From an uncultured delta proteobacterium (GTDB lineage Bacteria; Myxococcota_A; Polyangia; Polyangiales; Houyiibacteriaceae): a stretch of DNA of 64,000 bases. The notes beneath the pieces were generated by a model. It did no database searches, was not told where the DNA came from, and worked only from the letters and a program-made list of their open reading frames with translations. Below, piece after piece: positions 55,076-64,000 of the stretch (the first letter of the stretch is position 1; every line of letters starts with the position of its first letter). The translations under genes were made by a program, and so were the position numbers. The stretch lies in assembly GCA_963699755.1 (NCBI GenBank), contig CAVOVB010000003.1:544001-608000 (forward strand). The letters are read 5' to 3'.

Positions 55076-56109
55076 CAAGCCTGGACCTCGAGCTTGGAAA
55101 GACCGGGGCCGCGGCGGTGGAAGTCATGCTCCGCGGCTGCGACCGCTCCCAGATGAAGAATGCGCGCCCCGGTTTGCCCAACCGGGTTGACGCTCTTGCC
55201 GATCACGACTCCGTCTGCTGGGGCGCTGTACTCGCGGATGATATCACCAAACGCATTTCGCAGTACCGCCACCCGTTGATCCTTGCGTACCGTGTCCATC
55301 GGCCCGGGCAAGACTTCGAGGAGGCCACCGCGATCGGTGTACATCCAACCAGAGTGCTCGCACAGCACCGGCTCGGCGCCCTCAGCCACCGGGCGGCGGG
55401 GCAGCATCCCGGCTGCAGCAAGCACACTGCGAAGCCCGGTCCGCGAAGAACGGATGTAGTTCGGCTGAAATCGCTGAGGGTCGCCGATTTCGAGCGTGAT
55501 GGAGGGAATGCCGAGGTCCATCGCAGCCCCGCGGAGCGTGTAATCGGACGCGGGGTTGTGCACTATGATCTGCGGCCGCTGCAGATACGCCATCGTCGCC
55601 GTCGCGGAGTGCGTCATGTCGGCTCGCACGTACACGCAATTGACCCGACCGAAGCTCGCGGTGTGTAAATCGACGAGGAAGTCAAAGCGGTTGACGATGC
55701 GATCGAGGATCCGGTGCGCGTAGACCTCAGCGACGTTGCCGTCCTCGCGCCCCGGAAACATGTGGTTCAGATCGGCGCCGTCGACGAACTCGCGTTGGTG
55801 CCTGTGAAGCCCAGGGACGTTGACCACGGCCACCGCCACCACCGTGCCGCTGAGCTGGCGGGGATGGATGTGATGCATGAGGTCGTGAATCACTCGGATT
55901 CCGTTGAGCTCATTGCCATGAACGGCGGCGGTCAGTCCGAAGACGGGCCCGTCACGCTTTCCGCGCGCGACAAGGACGGGAAGCAAGATGTCCTGGGCCA
56001 AGCCATTGGCCACCAGATCGACATAGAGGCGAGAGAGCCGGCCGCGCGGAAACTCGTCGATCACGAGCTCGCGGTGGCGATGAATTTCGCCAGGCACCCC
56101 ATTGCGCAT
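55075..56109 (-). CDS. Succinylglutamate desuccinylase/aspartoacylase (M14) family protein
   Basis: HGNELNG, FPG, DLHT, TLEIG, C-terminal barrel-sandwich (GGLLEV...APADGVVIG). Confidence 0.85.
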   Translation of the reverse strand: MRNGVPGEIHRHRELVIDEFPRGRLSRLYVDLVANGLAQDILLPVLVARGKRDGPVFGLTAAVHGNELNGIRVIHDLMHHIHPRQLSGTVVAVAVVNVPGLHRHQREFVDGADLNHMFPGREDGNVAEVYAHRILDRIVNRFDFLVDLHTASFGRVNCVYVRADMTHSATATMAYLQRPQIIVHNPASDYTLRGAAMDLGIPSITLEIGDPQRFQPNYIRSSRTGLRSVLAAAGMLPRRPVAEGAEPVLCEHSGWMYTDRGGLLEVLPGPMDTVRKDQRVAVLRNAFGDIIREYSAPADGVVIGKSVNPVGQTGARILHLGAVAAAEHDFHRRGPGLSKLEVQA

Positions 56110-56298
56110 GTCACCTTCCATACTTCCTGCCCGGACTCTGACACTCACCCTCATGCCGCGCACATGGGCGGATACGGCATCCTAGACGAAGCCGGTCGAA
56201 AAAAGGGTTGCTCCATCCGTGAAACGGGGAGACGGTCGGCCTGACTCTCGCGATTTCCGCCCCCGCGGAAGGCTCGCGACCGACATCAGAGGAAGGCT

Positions 56299-57576
56299 AT
56301 GACCCAGAAAGCAACACTCGCATACGGCGACGAGATCTACGAGATGGCCCTCGTCGAAGGCACCTATCACGAGCAGGCGTTCGACATTCGAACCCTGCGG
56401 AAGGACACCGGGCTGATCACGCTCGACTCCGGGTACATGAACACCGGGGCGACGACGAGCCAGATCACCTACATCAACGGCGAAGAAGGCATTCTGCTTT
56501 ACCGCGGCTACCCCATCGAGCAGTTGGCCGAAGCATCCACCTTCGTCGAGACCAGCTACCTGCTCATCTACGGAGAGCTTCCAACGCCAGCGCAGCTCAG
56601 GGAGTTTTCGACTCTGCTCACCTATCACAGCATGTTGCACGAAGACATGCGCCATTTCTTCGATGGCTTCCCATCGAGCGCGCATCCCATGGCGGTCCTC
56701 TCCTCGATGGTGAGCGCGCTTTCAGCGTACTATCCGGACAGCCTCGAGCCCGATACCCAAAACGAGCATCACATCGCGCGGGTCCTTTCGAAGGTGCGCA
56801 CGATCGCGGCGTTCAGCTATCAGAAACAGCAGGGGAGACCGGTGGCCTATCCACGTAACGAGCTCAAGTACTGCGCGAACTTCCTCCACATGATGTTCTC
56901 GCACCCCGCCGAGCCCACCTACGATCCGGACCCTGCGCTGGTGAAGGCCTTGAACGTCCTCTTGATCTTGCATGCCGACCACGAGCAGAACTGCTCCACT
57001 TCCACGGTTCGCCTCGTGGGCTCGAGCCGCGCAAATCTCTACGCCGCGATCAGTGCGGGAATATCTGCTCTCTGGGGTCCGCTTCACGGCGGGGCCAATC
57101 AAGCGGTGATCGAGATGCTCCAGGAGATCAGGAATGAAGGCGGCAGTCCGAAGGCCTTCATGCAGCAGGTGAAGAATCGAGAGCGCCGACTGATGGGCTT
57201 CGGACACCGGGTTTACAAGAACTTCGATCCGCGCGCGACCATCCTCAAGAAGTACGCAGACCAGTTGCTCGGGCATTTGAACATCGAAGACGAGCTCTTC
57301 GACATCGCTAGAGAGTTGGAAGCGGTGGCCCTGTCCGATGAGTACTTCATCGAGCGGAAACTCTATCCGAACGTCGATTTCTATAGCGGCGTTCTGTATC
57401 GCGCGATGGGTATCCCCACCGACATGTTCACCGTGCTGTTTACGCTGGGGCGACTTCCAGGCTGGATTGCCCACTGGAAAGAGATGATGGAGGATCCGAA
57501 TCTACGTATCGGCCGGCCACGCCAGATCTACATGGGTCCCAAGAGCCGGGACTACGTCCCGATCGCCGAGCGCTGA
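56299..57576 (+). CDS. gltA: Citrate synthase
   Basis: GILLYRGYPI, HADHEQNCST, GPLHGGAN, GFGHRVYK, YPNVDFYSG. Confidence 0.98.
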   Translation: MTQKATLAYGDEIYEMALVEGTYHEQAFDIRTLRKDTGLITLDSGYMNTGATTSQITYINGEEGILLYRGYPIEQLAEASTFVETSYLLIYGELPTPAQLREFSTLLTYHSMLHEDMRHFFDGFPSSAHPMAVLSSMVSALSAYYPDSLEPDTQNEHHIARVLSKVRTIAAFSYQKQQGRPVAYPRNELKYCANFLHMMFSHPAEPTYDPDPALVKALNVLLILHADHEQNCSTSTVRLVGSSRANLYAAISAGISALWGPLHGGANQAVIEMLQEIRNEGGSPKAFMQQVKNRERRLMGFGHRVYKNFDPRATILKKYADQLLGHLNIEDELFDIARELEAVALSDEYFIERKLYPNVDFYSGVLYRAMGIPTDMFTVLFTLGRLPGWIAHWKEMMEDPNLRIGRPRQIYMGPKSRDYVPIAER

Positions 57577-57731
57577 AGGTCCGGCGCAGCGGGTGAATTC
57601 CCAAGGGTGCTAGGTCGCCCCATTTTCAGCTCCGTTGGGATGGCCTCATCTTCCTTTTCCCGATTGCACGCGGGACATGCCGAGCCTAGACCATCCTGGG
57701 CTGAATAGTGGTCCAGAGGGGAACGCGGGCG

Positions 57732-58736
57732 ATGAAATCCTTACGACTCTATGTGCTGGTTTTCGTGCTGACCGCCGACGTCATCGCGTGTGACCCGAGC
57801 GGTGAAGACGGCGATCAAAACGGTTTGGCCGGTGTCTCTTTCACGGAATCAAACGCAGCGGACTTGGGGGGCATTGCGGTCTCAGCGATCGAGGTCTTTC
57901 CGATTGTAAGCTCGGCGTATCAGGCGATTGTCGACGCGATCGAGATGCAAAATCCTATAGACGCCTCTTCGAGCACGAAGACCCTCGCCGACCTCGGCGA
58001 TATCGGTTTGTGCTCGTCTGGCCAATCCAAGCTCCGTTGGAATGACTCGGATGACGATGGCGTGCTCTCTGCCGGGGACACCACAGCGCTCGAATGGGTG
58101 GACTGCAACGACGAGATCACCGGAACGCTTGGCTTCAGCTTTCTAGCAGTTGCCTATGCATTGACCGTAGCCGATGTCGATCTGGCCGTCACCGTCGACA
58201 ACGGCCTCGACGCTCAGTCCCCGCCGCTCGTTCTCGAAGGCCGCTTCCGGGGCGAGATCAATGGAATCCCGGGCACCCCGGACACCCCGGAGTCCGCCAT
58301 CGCGCGGTATCTGGTGGTGGACCAAACTGATCCCTCGCTTGGCCTCACCACCGAAGCCGACGGCCAAGGTCAGTATGCCCTGGGCTGCTTCAATCTTTAC
58401 TTCACCATCGAGCTCGAACGAGGCAGCTACACCCTTGCAGAGCCCTTCGGCGTCTTCGGCCTCCCGGATTCTCGCATCATGACCATGCGCGCCTTTGCGC
58501 TGCCGCCCTTGGATTTCAAGAACGGCGACTATCCGACGAGCGGCGCAATCGGCCTTTTCGCGGAATCGGGAGCCACCCCCTGCACCGCCTTGGGTGTCGG
58601 TCCCGAAGGAGTGGATTCCAATGGGTCATTCACCACTGTGACGGCAACGACAGGAGGGGATGTCGTGCTGGAAGGCGAGACGCCGTCCGGAACGCCGTTC
58701 ACGGTGGAGACGACTTGGGTCGAGCTCCGCCGGTGA
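57732..58736 (+). CDS. Hypothetical acidic lipoprotein
   Basis: Signal peptide ending VIAC; Asp/Gly/Thr-rich, includes DSDDDGVLSAGD; no family recognised. Confidence 0.6.
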   Translation: MKSLRLYVLVFVLTADVIACDPSGEDGDQNGLAGVSFTESNAADLGGIAVSAIEVFPIVSSAYQAIVDAIEMQNPIDASSSTKTLADLGDIGLCSSGQSKLRWNDSDDDGVLSAGDTTALEWVDCNDEITGTLGFSFLAVAYALTVADVDLAVTVDNGLDAQSPPLVLEGRFRGEINGIPGTPDTPESAIARYLVVDQTDPSLGLTTEADGQGQYALGCFNLYFTIELERGSYTLAEPFGVFGLPDSRIMTMRAFALPPLDFKNGDYPTSGAIGLFAESGATPCTALGVGPEGVDSNGSFTTVTATTGGDVVLEGETPSGTPFTVETTWVELRR

Positions 58737-58823
58737 TCAGAAACTTGTTTGCGTACCGGCTCGTATCGGAGCGTCCGAGCTCATCACCCGAGCGAGGGGC
58801 CGACCCCAGTTCCGGGGCGACTC

Positions 58824-60140
58824 TCACCCACTGGCATCGAGCGAGCGGCTGAAGGCGTCGCCGACGGTCACGCAGGCCTCGCGCACTTCGAGCTCCCCGC
58901 CGACCAGAATCGCCAGAGGGTTCACTTCGACAGCTTCGATCTGGTCCTGCCACTGGTGAACAAACGCAGCGAGGCGCATCAGGACATCGCCTATGGCGCT
59001 GACGGCCCGAGTGCGCTCGTGCGGCGTGCCCGACAAGAGCAGCGAGCTTCCTCGAAGCCGAAGCAAGACCCGCTCGAGAGCCCTGGGTGTTGCGGGAAGA
59101 ACGGTTTGCGTAGTGTCTGCCGATGCCCTGCCATGCGGGTCTGCGAAGCCGATCTCGGCCAAGACCGGGCCGGAAGCCAGCGGCTCCATGCGAACGCGGA
59201 GTAGGGTGCGCGCCATCGTCGCTGCACTGACCGTGACGCCGAGCAGCCTCGCGCCCGCCGAGCGGTTCTTGGCCACGGCCATGATCTGACGAAACGCATC
59301 GCGCGCCTGCCCGGCCGAATAGACCTCCGCCGCCAAGTCCGGGTGGTCCCAGAGCCTGAGATCGGGCGATGCCAGCGCGACACGTACCGGAAAGCCGATG
59401 CGCGCGGCTTCCGATGCCGCGCGTGATGGCGTCGCGCAGAGCTCTTCGATCGGCAGCGGGACGTCGTACGGACCAAGGGCCGCCTTGCTCGCCGGATCGG
59501 AGAGCGCTCGTTGGGGCCCGAGGATCACGGCGAGCACCGACTCGGCTTCGACCCCTTCGACCATCGGAACCTTGGGACGCGAAGGGTCCTGCGACGCGCG
59601 CATGGCCCGGAGCGCTGCTGCCAGGTCCGGCGGGGAGCCGATCGGCCTGCTCGCTCCACCATCGGTCTGGTGTGCGATGAGTCCATCATCGATGCGCACG
59701 AAGCGGCCGTCGCTCCGGTGCCCGACACTTTCCCCCAGCCTCACCCGATCGACCGTAGGCAGCTCTTTGGTCGTCGCAGCCCAGGGACGTTCGGTGCCGA
59801 GCTCCAGCAACGCAGCCACCGCCACCAGGGGGCCGGTCTCACTCACGGCAGGCAGGCCGAGGTCGTGCAGCAAGCCGAGCGGCTGAGGTCCGATGACCGC
59901 GACCGGGATCTTCAGCTTCCGGGTGCGCATCGCCTCCGCCAAGCGCACCGCCGCGTCCGCCGACAAAGGCGCCTGCACCGCGATCCCGGCGAAACCCCCG
60001 GCGCTTAGCGTTTGGACCGCGGCTTCCCAAGGCCGCTCGCAGACCTCCGGCGCCAATGGCAGACCAATCCGGCCGGCGCCGCGCGCCAGATCGACCGCCA
60101 GCTCCGGGCAGTCACAGAAAATGCTCCACGCCTTTTGCAT
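58824..60140 (-). CDS. Acetate--CoA ligase-like protein with a C-terminal ATP-grasp domain
   Basis: ALSDPASKAALGPYDVP...AARIGFPV...EVNPL resembles the ATP-grasp_5 domain. Confidence 0.65.
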   Translation of the reverse strand: MQKAWSIFCDCPELAVDLARGAGRIGLPLAPEVCERPWEAAVQTLSAGGFAGIAVQAPLSADAAVRLAEAMRTRKLKIPVAVIGPQPLGLLHDLGLPAVSETGPLVAVAALLELGTERPWAATTKELPTVDRVRLGESVGHRSDGRFVRIDDGLIAHQTDGGASRPIGSPPDLAAALRAMRASQDPSRPKVPMVEGVEAESVLAVILGPQRALSDPASKAALGPYDVPLPIEELCATPSRAASEAARIGFPVRVALASPDLRLWDHPDLAAEVYSAGQARDAFRQIMAVAKNRSAGARLLGVTVSAATMARTLLRVRMEPLASGPVLAEIGFADPHGRASADTTQTVLPATPRALERVLLRLRGSSLLLSGTPHERTRAVSAIGDVLMRLAAFVHQWQDQIEAVEVNPLAILVGGELEVREACVTVGDAFSRSLDASG

Positions 60141-60384
60141 CGCCGTCCGCCGAAGGATACCCTTGCGCGGGGTTCACGCCCACTTCCTAGAATCCGGACC
60201 CTACCTAGAATTCCGCTGCGTAGTCTTAGGGCTCGATTCCAAACATCGGATCGGTTCTAGATTTGCAGCGACGCGAGCTTGACGCCTCGAACAGCACGGT
60301 GATAATCCGGGCTCGGTCGGTCTAACCCCGCATGATCAAAAGGGGGAATCGGCCGCTGGGGGTCATTCTGAGGAAAGTCGCGAC

Positions 60385-61845
60385 ATGCGTCTGAAGCTGA
60401 TTGCGGGCAATCTCGTGATCGTATTGCTGGTTGGCTTGGGCTCGTACCTCGTGGTGCATACCCAGCTCCGTGTCGAGCTCTCGAGGCGGCTCGAGGACAG
60501 TATCGGCGACGATTCCGAGCTTTTTGCGAGGTCTTGGCGGGCAGACGGGGCGCGCCTGGCTGAAGGGGTGGGGAACCGCGCGAACAGCAACTCCGTGCGG
60601 AATGTCTTCAGTGCACTCGGGGAAGCCAACCGGCGGCGGCGTGCATTCGAGGCTGCGCAAGAAGTCTCCAAGTGGTTCCAAGATCCAGCGCGCGGGCGGG
60701 GCGAGCGGCCACACATCGTGGCGGTCATCGACGAGACCGGCCGAGTCATCGCCCGGGACACCGACCGCAATCGCATGTTCGGCGAGCCGCTGCTCAATCG
60801 GGTTCCCGTCTTGCGTCGGGTCCTCGATCGCGGCGCTTCGCGATACGGGGTCTGGAAGTTCGAGGACAAGCTGCTGCAAGTTGGGGTCTCGGCCGTGCGT
60901 AACGACCAGGGCAGCGTCGTCGGTGCGCTCCTCGTCGGATACGACCTCTCCAATGGCTTCGCGCAGCAAGAAGCGAGGCTGGTCGGCCACGACCTGCTCT
61001 TCGTCACGAGCGACGGGATTTACAGCACCTCGACCTCCGTCGATGTACGCGACGCGCTCCAAGATGCGCTCTATGCGCCGCCACTCGACAACGGCACCAT
61101 CGCCGCCCTGCAGGGGAAGCCGACCCAGCCTTGGACGGCGACGCTTGCGGGAGACCAATACGTTGGAGTGACCGCTGCGCTGCCGATGGCACGCGGCGTC
61201 GAGGCCGCCTATGTCGTCTTGGCCGATCACGCCAAGCATACCGCGCTCGCCGGCGTCGCCGACATGATCCTCTGGCTCACGCTCTTGGGCGTCCTCGGCG
61301 TGGCGATCTATGGATACATCATCGCCAACAGTCTGATGGATCCCATCGAGCAGATGGAAGACGACATCCTCGCGGTCATCAACGGCCGGGGCGATGTTCG
61401 GCTAGACGTGGACACGCCCGAGCTCGGCGGCCTTTCGTATCGAGTCAACCAGCTCATCAATTTCTTCACAGGCGTCGCCGAAGAAGACGAAGAGGGACGG
61501 GCGGTCACGAGCAGCGGCGGATGGGAGTCGGTGAGCATCTCGAGTCCCGGGGGCTCCACGCGTTCGAGCTCCGCGGCGCCGGGCGCGGCTGAAGCCGAGG
61601 ACCCAGAGGCCGCGGCCCTGGCGGCGATTCCAGAGGGTGAATACTACGCTCGGCTCTACCGGGAGTACGTCGCTGCAAAACAATCGGCTGGCGAGGATGT
61701 CTCGAGCATCCCCGAAGCGCGTTTCATCGAGCGGATCAAGGGCAACGCCGAGCACCTCACGAAGAAGCATGGGGCGCAAATGGTTCGCTTCAAGGTCGAG
61801 GTCATCGGCAGCCAGGTAAATCTCAAGCCGGTGGTCATCCACTAG
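60385..61845 (+). CDS. MXAN_5187-family membrane protein (Cache/HAMP-like plus conserved C-terminal domain)
   Basis: Two TMs flanking a periplasmic region, HAMP-like segment, C-terminal LYREYVAAK...GE...F......VRFKV...VNLKP. Confidence 0.7.
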   Translation: MRLKLIAGNLVIVLLVGLGSYLVVHTQLRVELSRRLEDSIGDDSELFARSWRADGARLAEGVGNRANSNSVRNVFSALGEANRRRRAFEAAQEVSKWFQDPARGRGERPHIVAVIDETGRVIARDTDRNRMFGEPLLNRVPVLRRVLDRGASRYGVWKFEDKLLQVGVSAVRNDQGSVVGALLVGYDLSNGFAQQEARLVGHDLLFVTSDGIYSTSTSVDVRDALQDALYAPPLDNGTIAALQGKPTQPWTATLAGDQYVGVTAALPMARGVEAAYVVLADHAKHTALAGVADMILWLTLLGVLGVAIYGYIIANSLMDPIEQMEDDILAVINGRGDVRLDVDTPELGGLSYRVNQLINFFTGVAEEDEEGRAVTSSGGWESVSISSPGGSTRSSSAAPGAAEAEDPEAAALAAIPEGEYYARLYREYVAAKQSAGEDVSSIPEARFIERIKGNAEHLTKKHGAQMVRFKVEVIGSQVNLKPVVIH

Positions 61846-61916
61846 GCCAGGGCGATTGCTTTCCGGACCTCCTCTCGTTGCACCGTCGGCCCGATCGGCC
61901 TAGTTGTTCTCGCGTC

Positions 61917-62633
61917 ATGGGGCTTTTCGATGTGTTCAAGGGAGGTGGCGGCGGGCTGAGCAAGCACGTCGCACGCGTGGCGAACAAGCGTGCGCAGACG
62001 CATGAACGTAGGGAATCGATTCAGGTGCTCGCAAGCGATGGGTCGGACGAGGCGATCCGCGGGCTGTTGACGCGGTTCAGCATCCGCGTCGACCCGAGCA
62101 TCACCGACGGCGAGGAGAAAAACGCCGCGTTCCAAGGCGTCGTCCAACAGGGCGAAGCAGCGCTCGAACCGGTACGCGATTTCCTGCGTTCGTCCGAAAC
62201 CCTGGCCTGGCCGCTCAAGATCCTCCGAGAGATCCAGACCGAAGAGGCCGTCACGACGACCCTGCTCGAGCTTCTCTCGAAGATGGACACCGAATACGAG
62301 CGCGACCCTCAGAAGAAAATCGACCTCATCGCCAGCTTCGAGGAGCACAAAGACCCACGCATCGTCGAAGCCGTGACCCGCTTCCTCGAAGACATGAATG
62401 AAACCGTCCGATTCCACGCCGCCGGCGCCATCCTCGCCCAAGACGAAGCCGAAGCAGCGCTCGAACGGATGACACAGGCGTTTCTAGCTGAAGAAAGCGT
62501 GCGCGTCCGCATGCGCATGCTCGACGGCTATATCGAACGCGACTGGAAGCTCGCCGACGTGAGAGAAGAAGCCACCAAGAAGATGCCCACCGGGTACTCA
62601 CTTGGGAAGAAGGGCGAAGTTCGGAAGAAGTAG
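61917..62633 (+). CDS. HEAT-repeat protein
   Basis: Helical repeats such as FLEDMNETVRFHAAGAI and EESVRVR. Confidence 0.7.
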   Translation: MGLFDVFKGGGGGLSKHVARVANKRAQTHERRESIQVLASDGSDEAIRGLLTRFSIRVDPSITDGEEKNAAFQGVVQQGEAALEPVRDFLRSSETLAWPLKILREIQTEEAVTTTLLELLSKMDTEYERDPQKKIDLIASFEEHKDPRIVEAVTRFLEDMNETVRFHAAGAILAQDEAEAALERMTQAFLAEESVRVRMRMLDGYIERDWKLADVREEATKKMPTGYSLGKKGEVRKK

Positions 62634-62641
62634 AGCCTGGA

Positions 62642-62742
62642 CACTCCCAAGCCAGCAGGCGGCAGCGCGAGCCCGCAGGGCGAAGCCCGGCGCAACGCGC
62701 CGGCAAGGCGAAGCGGAGCGACCGCCGCTCCAGGGAGGATTA
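62642..62742 (+). repeat. Dispersed hairpin-rich repeat, copy B, abutting the IS left end
   Basis: Homologous to the reverse complement of 341-439; hairpins GCCC-GCA-GGGC and CCGGCGC-AAC-GCGCCGG. Confidence 0.8.
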
Positions 62743-64000
62743 AGAAGAGATGTAGTGGCTGTCCCCCGCACCGACGTGGTCGATCTAGGATCGCCACAAA
62801 ACAAACACGTGGTCTACGCCACAGTGCGAAAGGACAGCCACCATGCAGCACATTGCCATCGATCTAGGACGACGCGAAAGCCAAATCTGTGTCCGCGACG
62901 AGAGCGGACAGATCTTGGAGGAAGCCCGGCACAGCACCAGCGAGCTGCGGTCGTACTTGAGCCGACGCCCGATGGGCTCTCGGGTCTTGGTGGAGAGCTC
63001 GGCCGAGGCCTTTACGGTCGCCGATTGGGCTTCGGAGCTCGGACACGAGCCCCGGGTCGTTCCCTCCATCTTGGTGCCGGCGCTCGGCGTGGGCGAGCGG
63101 GGCCTCAAAAACGACGTGCGCGATGCCCGCAAGCTCAGCGAGATGGACTGCCGGATGGAGGTGCCTTCGGTGCACATCCCCTCGGCCGAGCGCCGCGCGC
63201 ACCAAGCACGATTAACCGCCCGCGATGCGTTGGTGCGGGTGCGCACCAAGCTCATCAATACCGTTCGGAGCTTCGTGCGCATGCGCGCGATTGCCCCGAT
63301 TCGTGCGACACCGCCGACCTTGCCGCGTGCGGTGCGGGCGACCCTTCTCGGCACGCCCGAGGGCGTGCCGGACTATCTGGAGGCCTTGCTCCAAAGCCTC
63401 GAGCACCTCAATGCGCAGATTCAGCAGGCCGACCCCGCGCTACGCGAGGTGGCGCATGGCGAGCCGGTGTGCCGACTGCTGATGACCATGCCAGGGGTGG
63501 GACCGGTGACCGCGCTGAGCTTCGTCAGTGCGATCGACGATGTCACGCGCTTCGAAGATGCGAGCCGCTTGACGTCGTACTTGGGGCTGGTGCCCGGAGA
63601 GCGCACGACTGGCTTCAGGACGCGCCGCACGGCGATGACCAAGGCAGGACCGAGTCGGGTGCGCTGGACGCTGACGCAGGCAGCCTGGACGCTGGTGCGT
63701 GTGCAGCCCGACTCGCCGCTCGGGCAATGGTACGAGCAAGTGAGCAAGCGCCGCGGCAAGAAGATCGCCATCAGCGGCTTGAGCCGTCGGATGGCGGCGA
63801 TCTTGTACGCGATGTGGCGAGAGCAACGGCCGTACGACGCGACGCGCGCGGCCTCTCGGCAGCGCTAAGCAAGCCCCAACAGCTCTGGTCTGCGCGGCAG
63901 ACCGCCGGACCGCACCTCTGTCCGGAGACGAAGACCACGGCCCCACCTGTGTGCCTCGAGCACCGGCTTACGAATGTGGCTCGTCGACGGACCTTCTCCT
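62743..64000 (+). mobile_element. IS110-family (IS1111-like) insertion sequence; left boundary approximate, right end probably beyond the window
   Basis: DEDD transposase with a short structured 5' region and a long structured 3' non-coding region. Confidence 0.8.
62843..63868 (+). CDS. IS110-family transposase/recombinase
   Basis: IAIDLG, VLVES and KNDVRDA (RuvC-like DEDD); LLMTMPGVGPVTA; YLGLVPGERTTG; KAGPSRVRWTL; RRMAAILYAMW. Confidence 0.95.
   Translation: MQHIAIDLGRRESQICVRDESGQILEEARHSTSELRSYLSRRPMGSRVLVESSAEAFTVADWASELGHEPRVVPSILVPALGVGERGLKNDVRDARKLSEMDCRMEVPSVHIPSAERRAHQARLTARDALVRVRTKLINTVRSFVRMRAIAPIRATPPTLPRAVRATLLGTPEGVPDYLEALLQSLEHLNAQIQQADPALREVAHGEPVCRLLMTMPGVGPVTALSFVSAIDDVTRFEDASRLTSYLGLVPGERTTGFRTRRTAMTKAGPSRVRWTLTQAAWTLVRVQPDSPLGQWYEQVSKRRGKKIAISGLSRRMAAILYAMWREQRPYDATRAASRQR

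Overview
High-GC bacterial chromosome segment that looks myxobacterial (Myxococcota) from its gene content: a Ser/Thr kinase with DUF4388, an MXAN_5187-type protein, and a serA-hisZ-purA run. Most of it is core metabolism: tRNA-Val(CAC), meaB, crotonase, M1 aminopeptidase, xth, ridA, purA/hisZ/serA, pgsA, a peptide ABC transporter, RNase P RNA, pdxA, uvrA and gltA. A roughly 13.7 kb respiratory operon joins alternative complex III (actA-F) to two extra cytochrome c lipoproteins and an A1-type heme-copper oxidase. The oxidase K proton channel appears to be systematically rebuilt, including a natural K362M-equivalent. At the right end is an IS110-family (IS1111-like) element with structured non-coding ends and Thr instead of the catalytic Ser. 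It begins exactly where a ~100 nt hairpin-rich repeat stops, and a second, uninterrupted copy of that repeat lies 62 kb away at 341-439, suggesting an RNA-guided IS that targets a dispersed repeat. Other leads are an ATP-grasp/GshB-like/AstE peptide module, a probable inactive M48 protease, an ILVBL-like ThDP enzyme and an AT-rich operator in front of a MerR-like/sigma-region-4 gene pair. All calls come from motif recognition by eye; no database searches were run.
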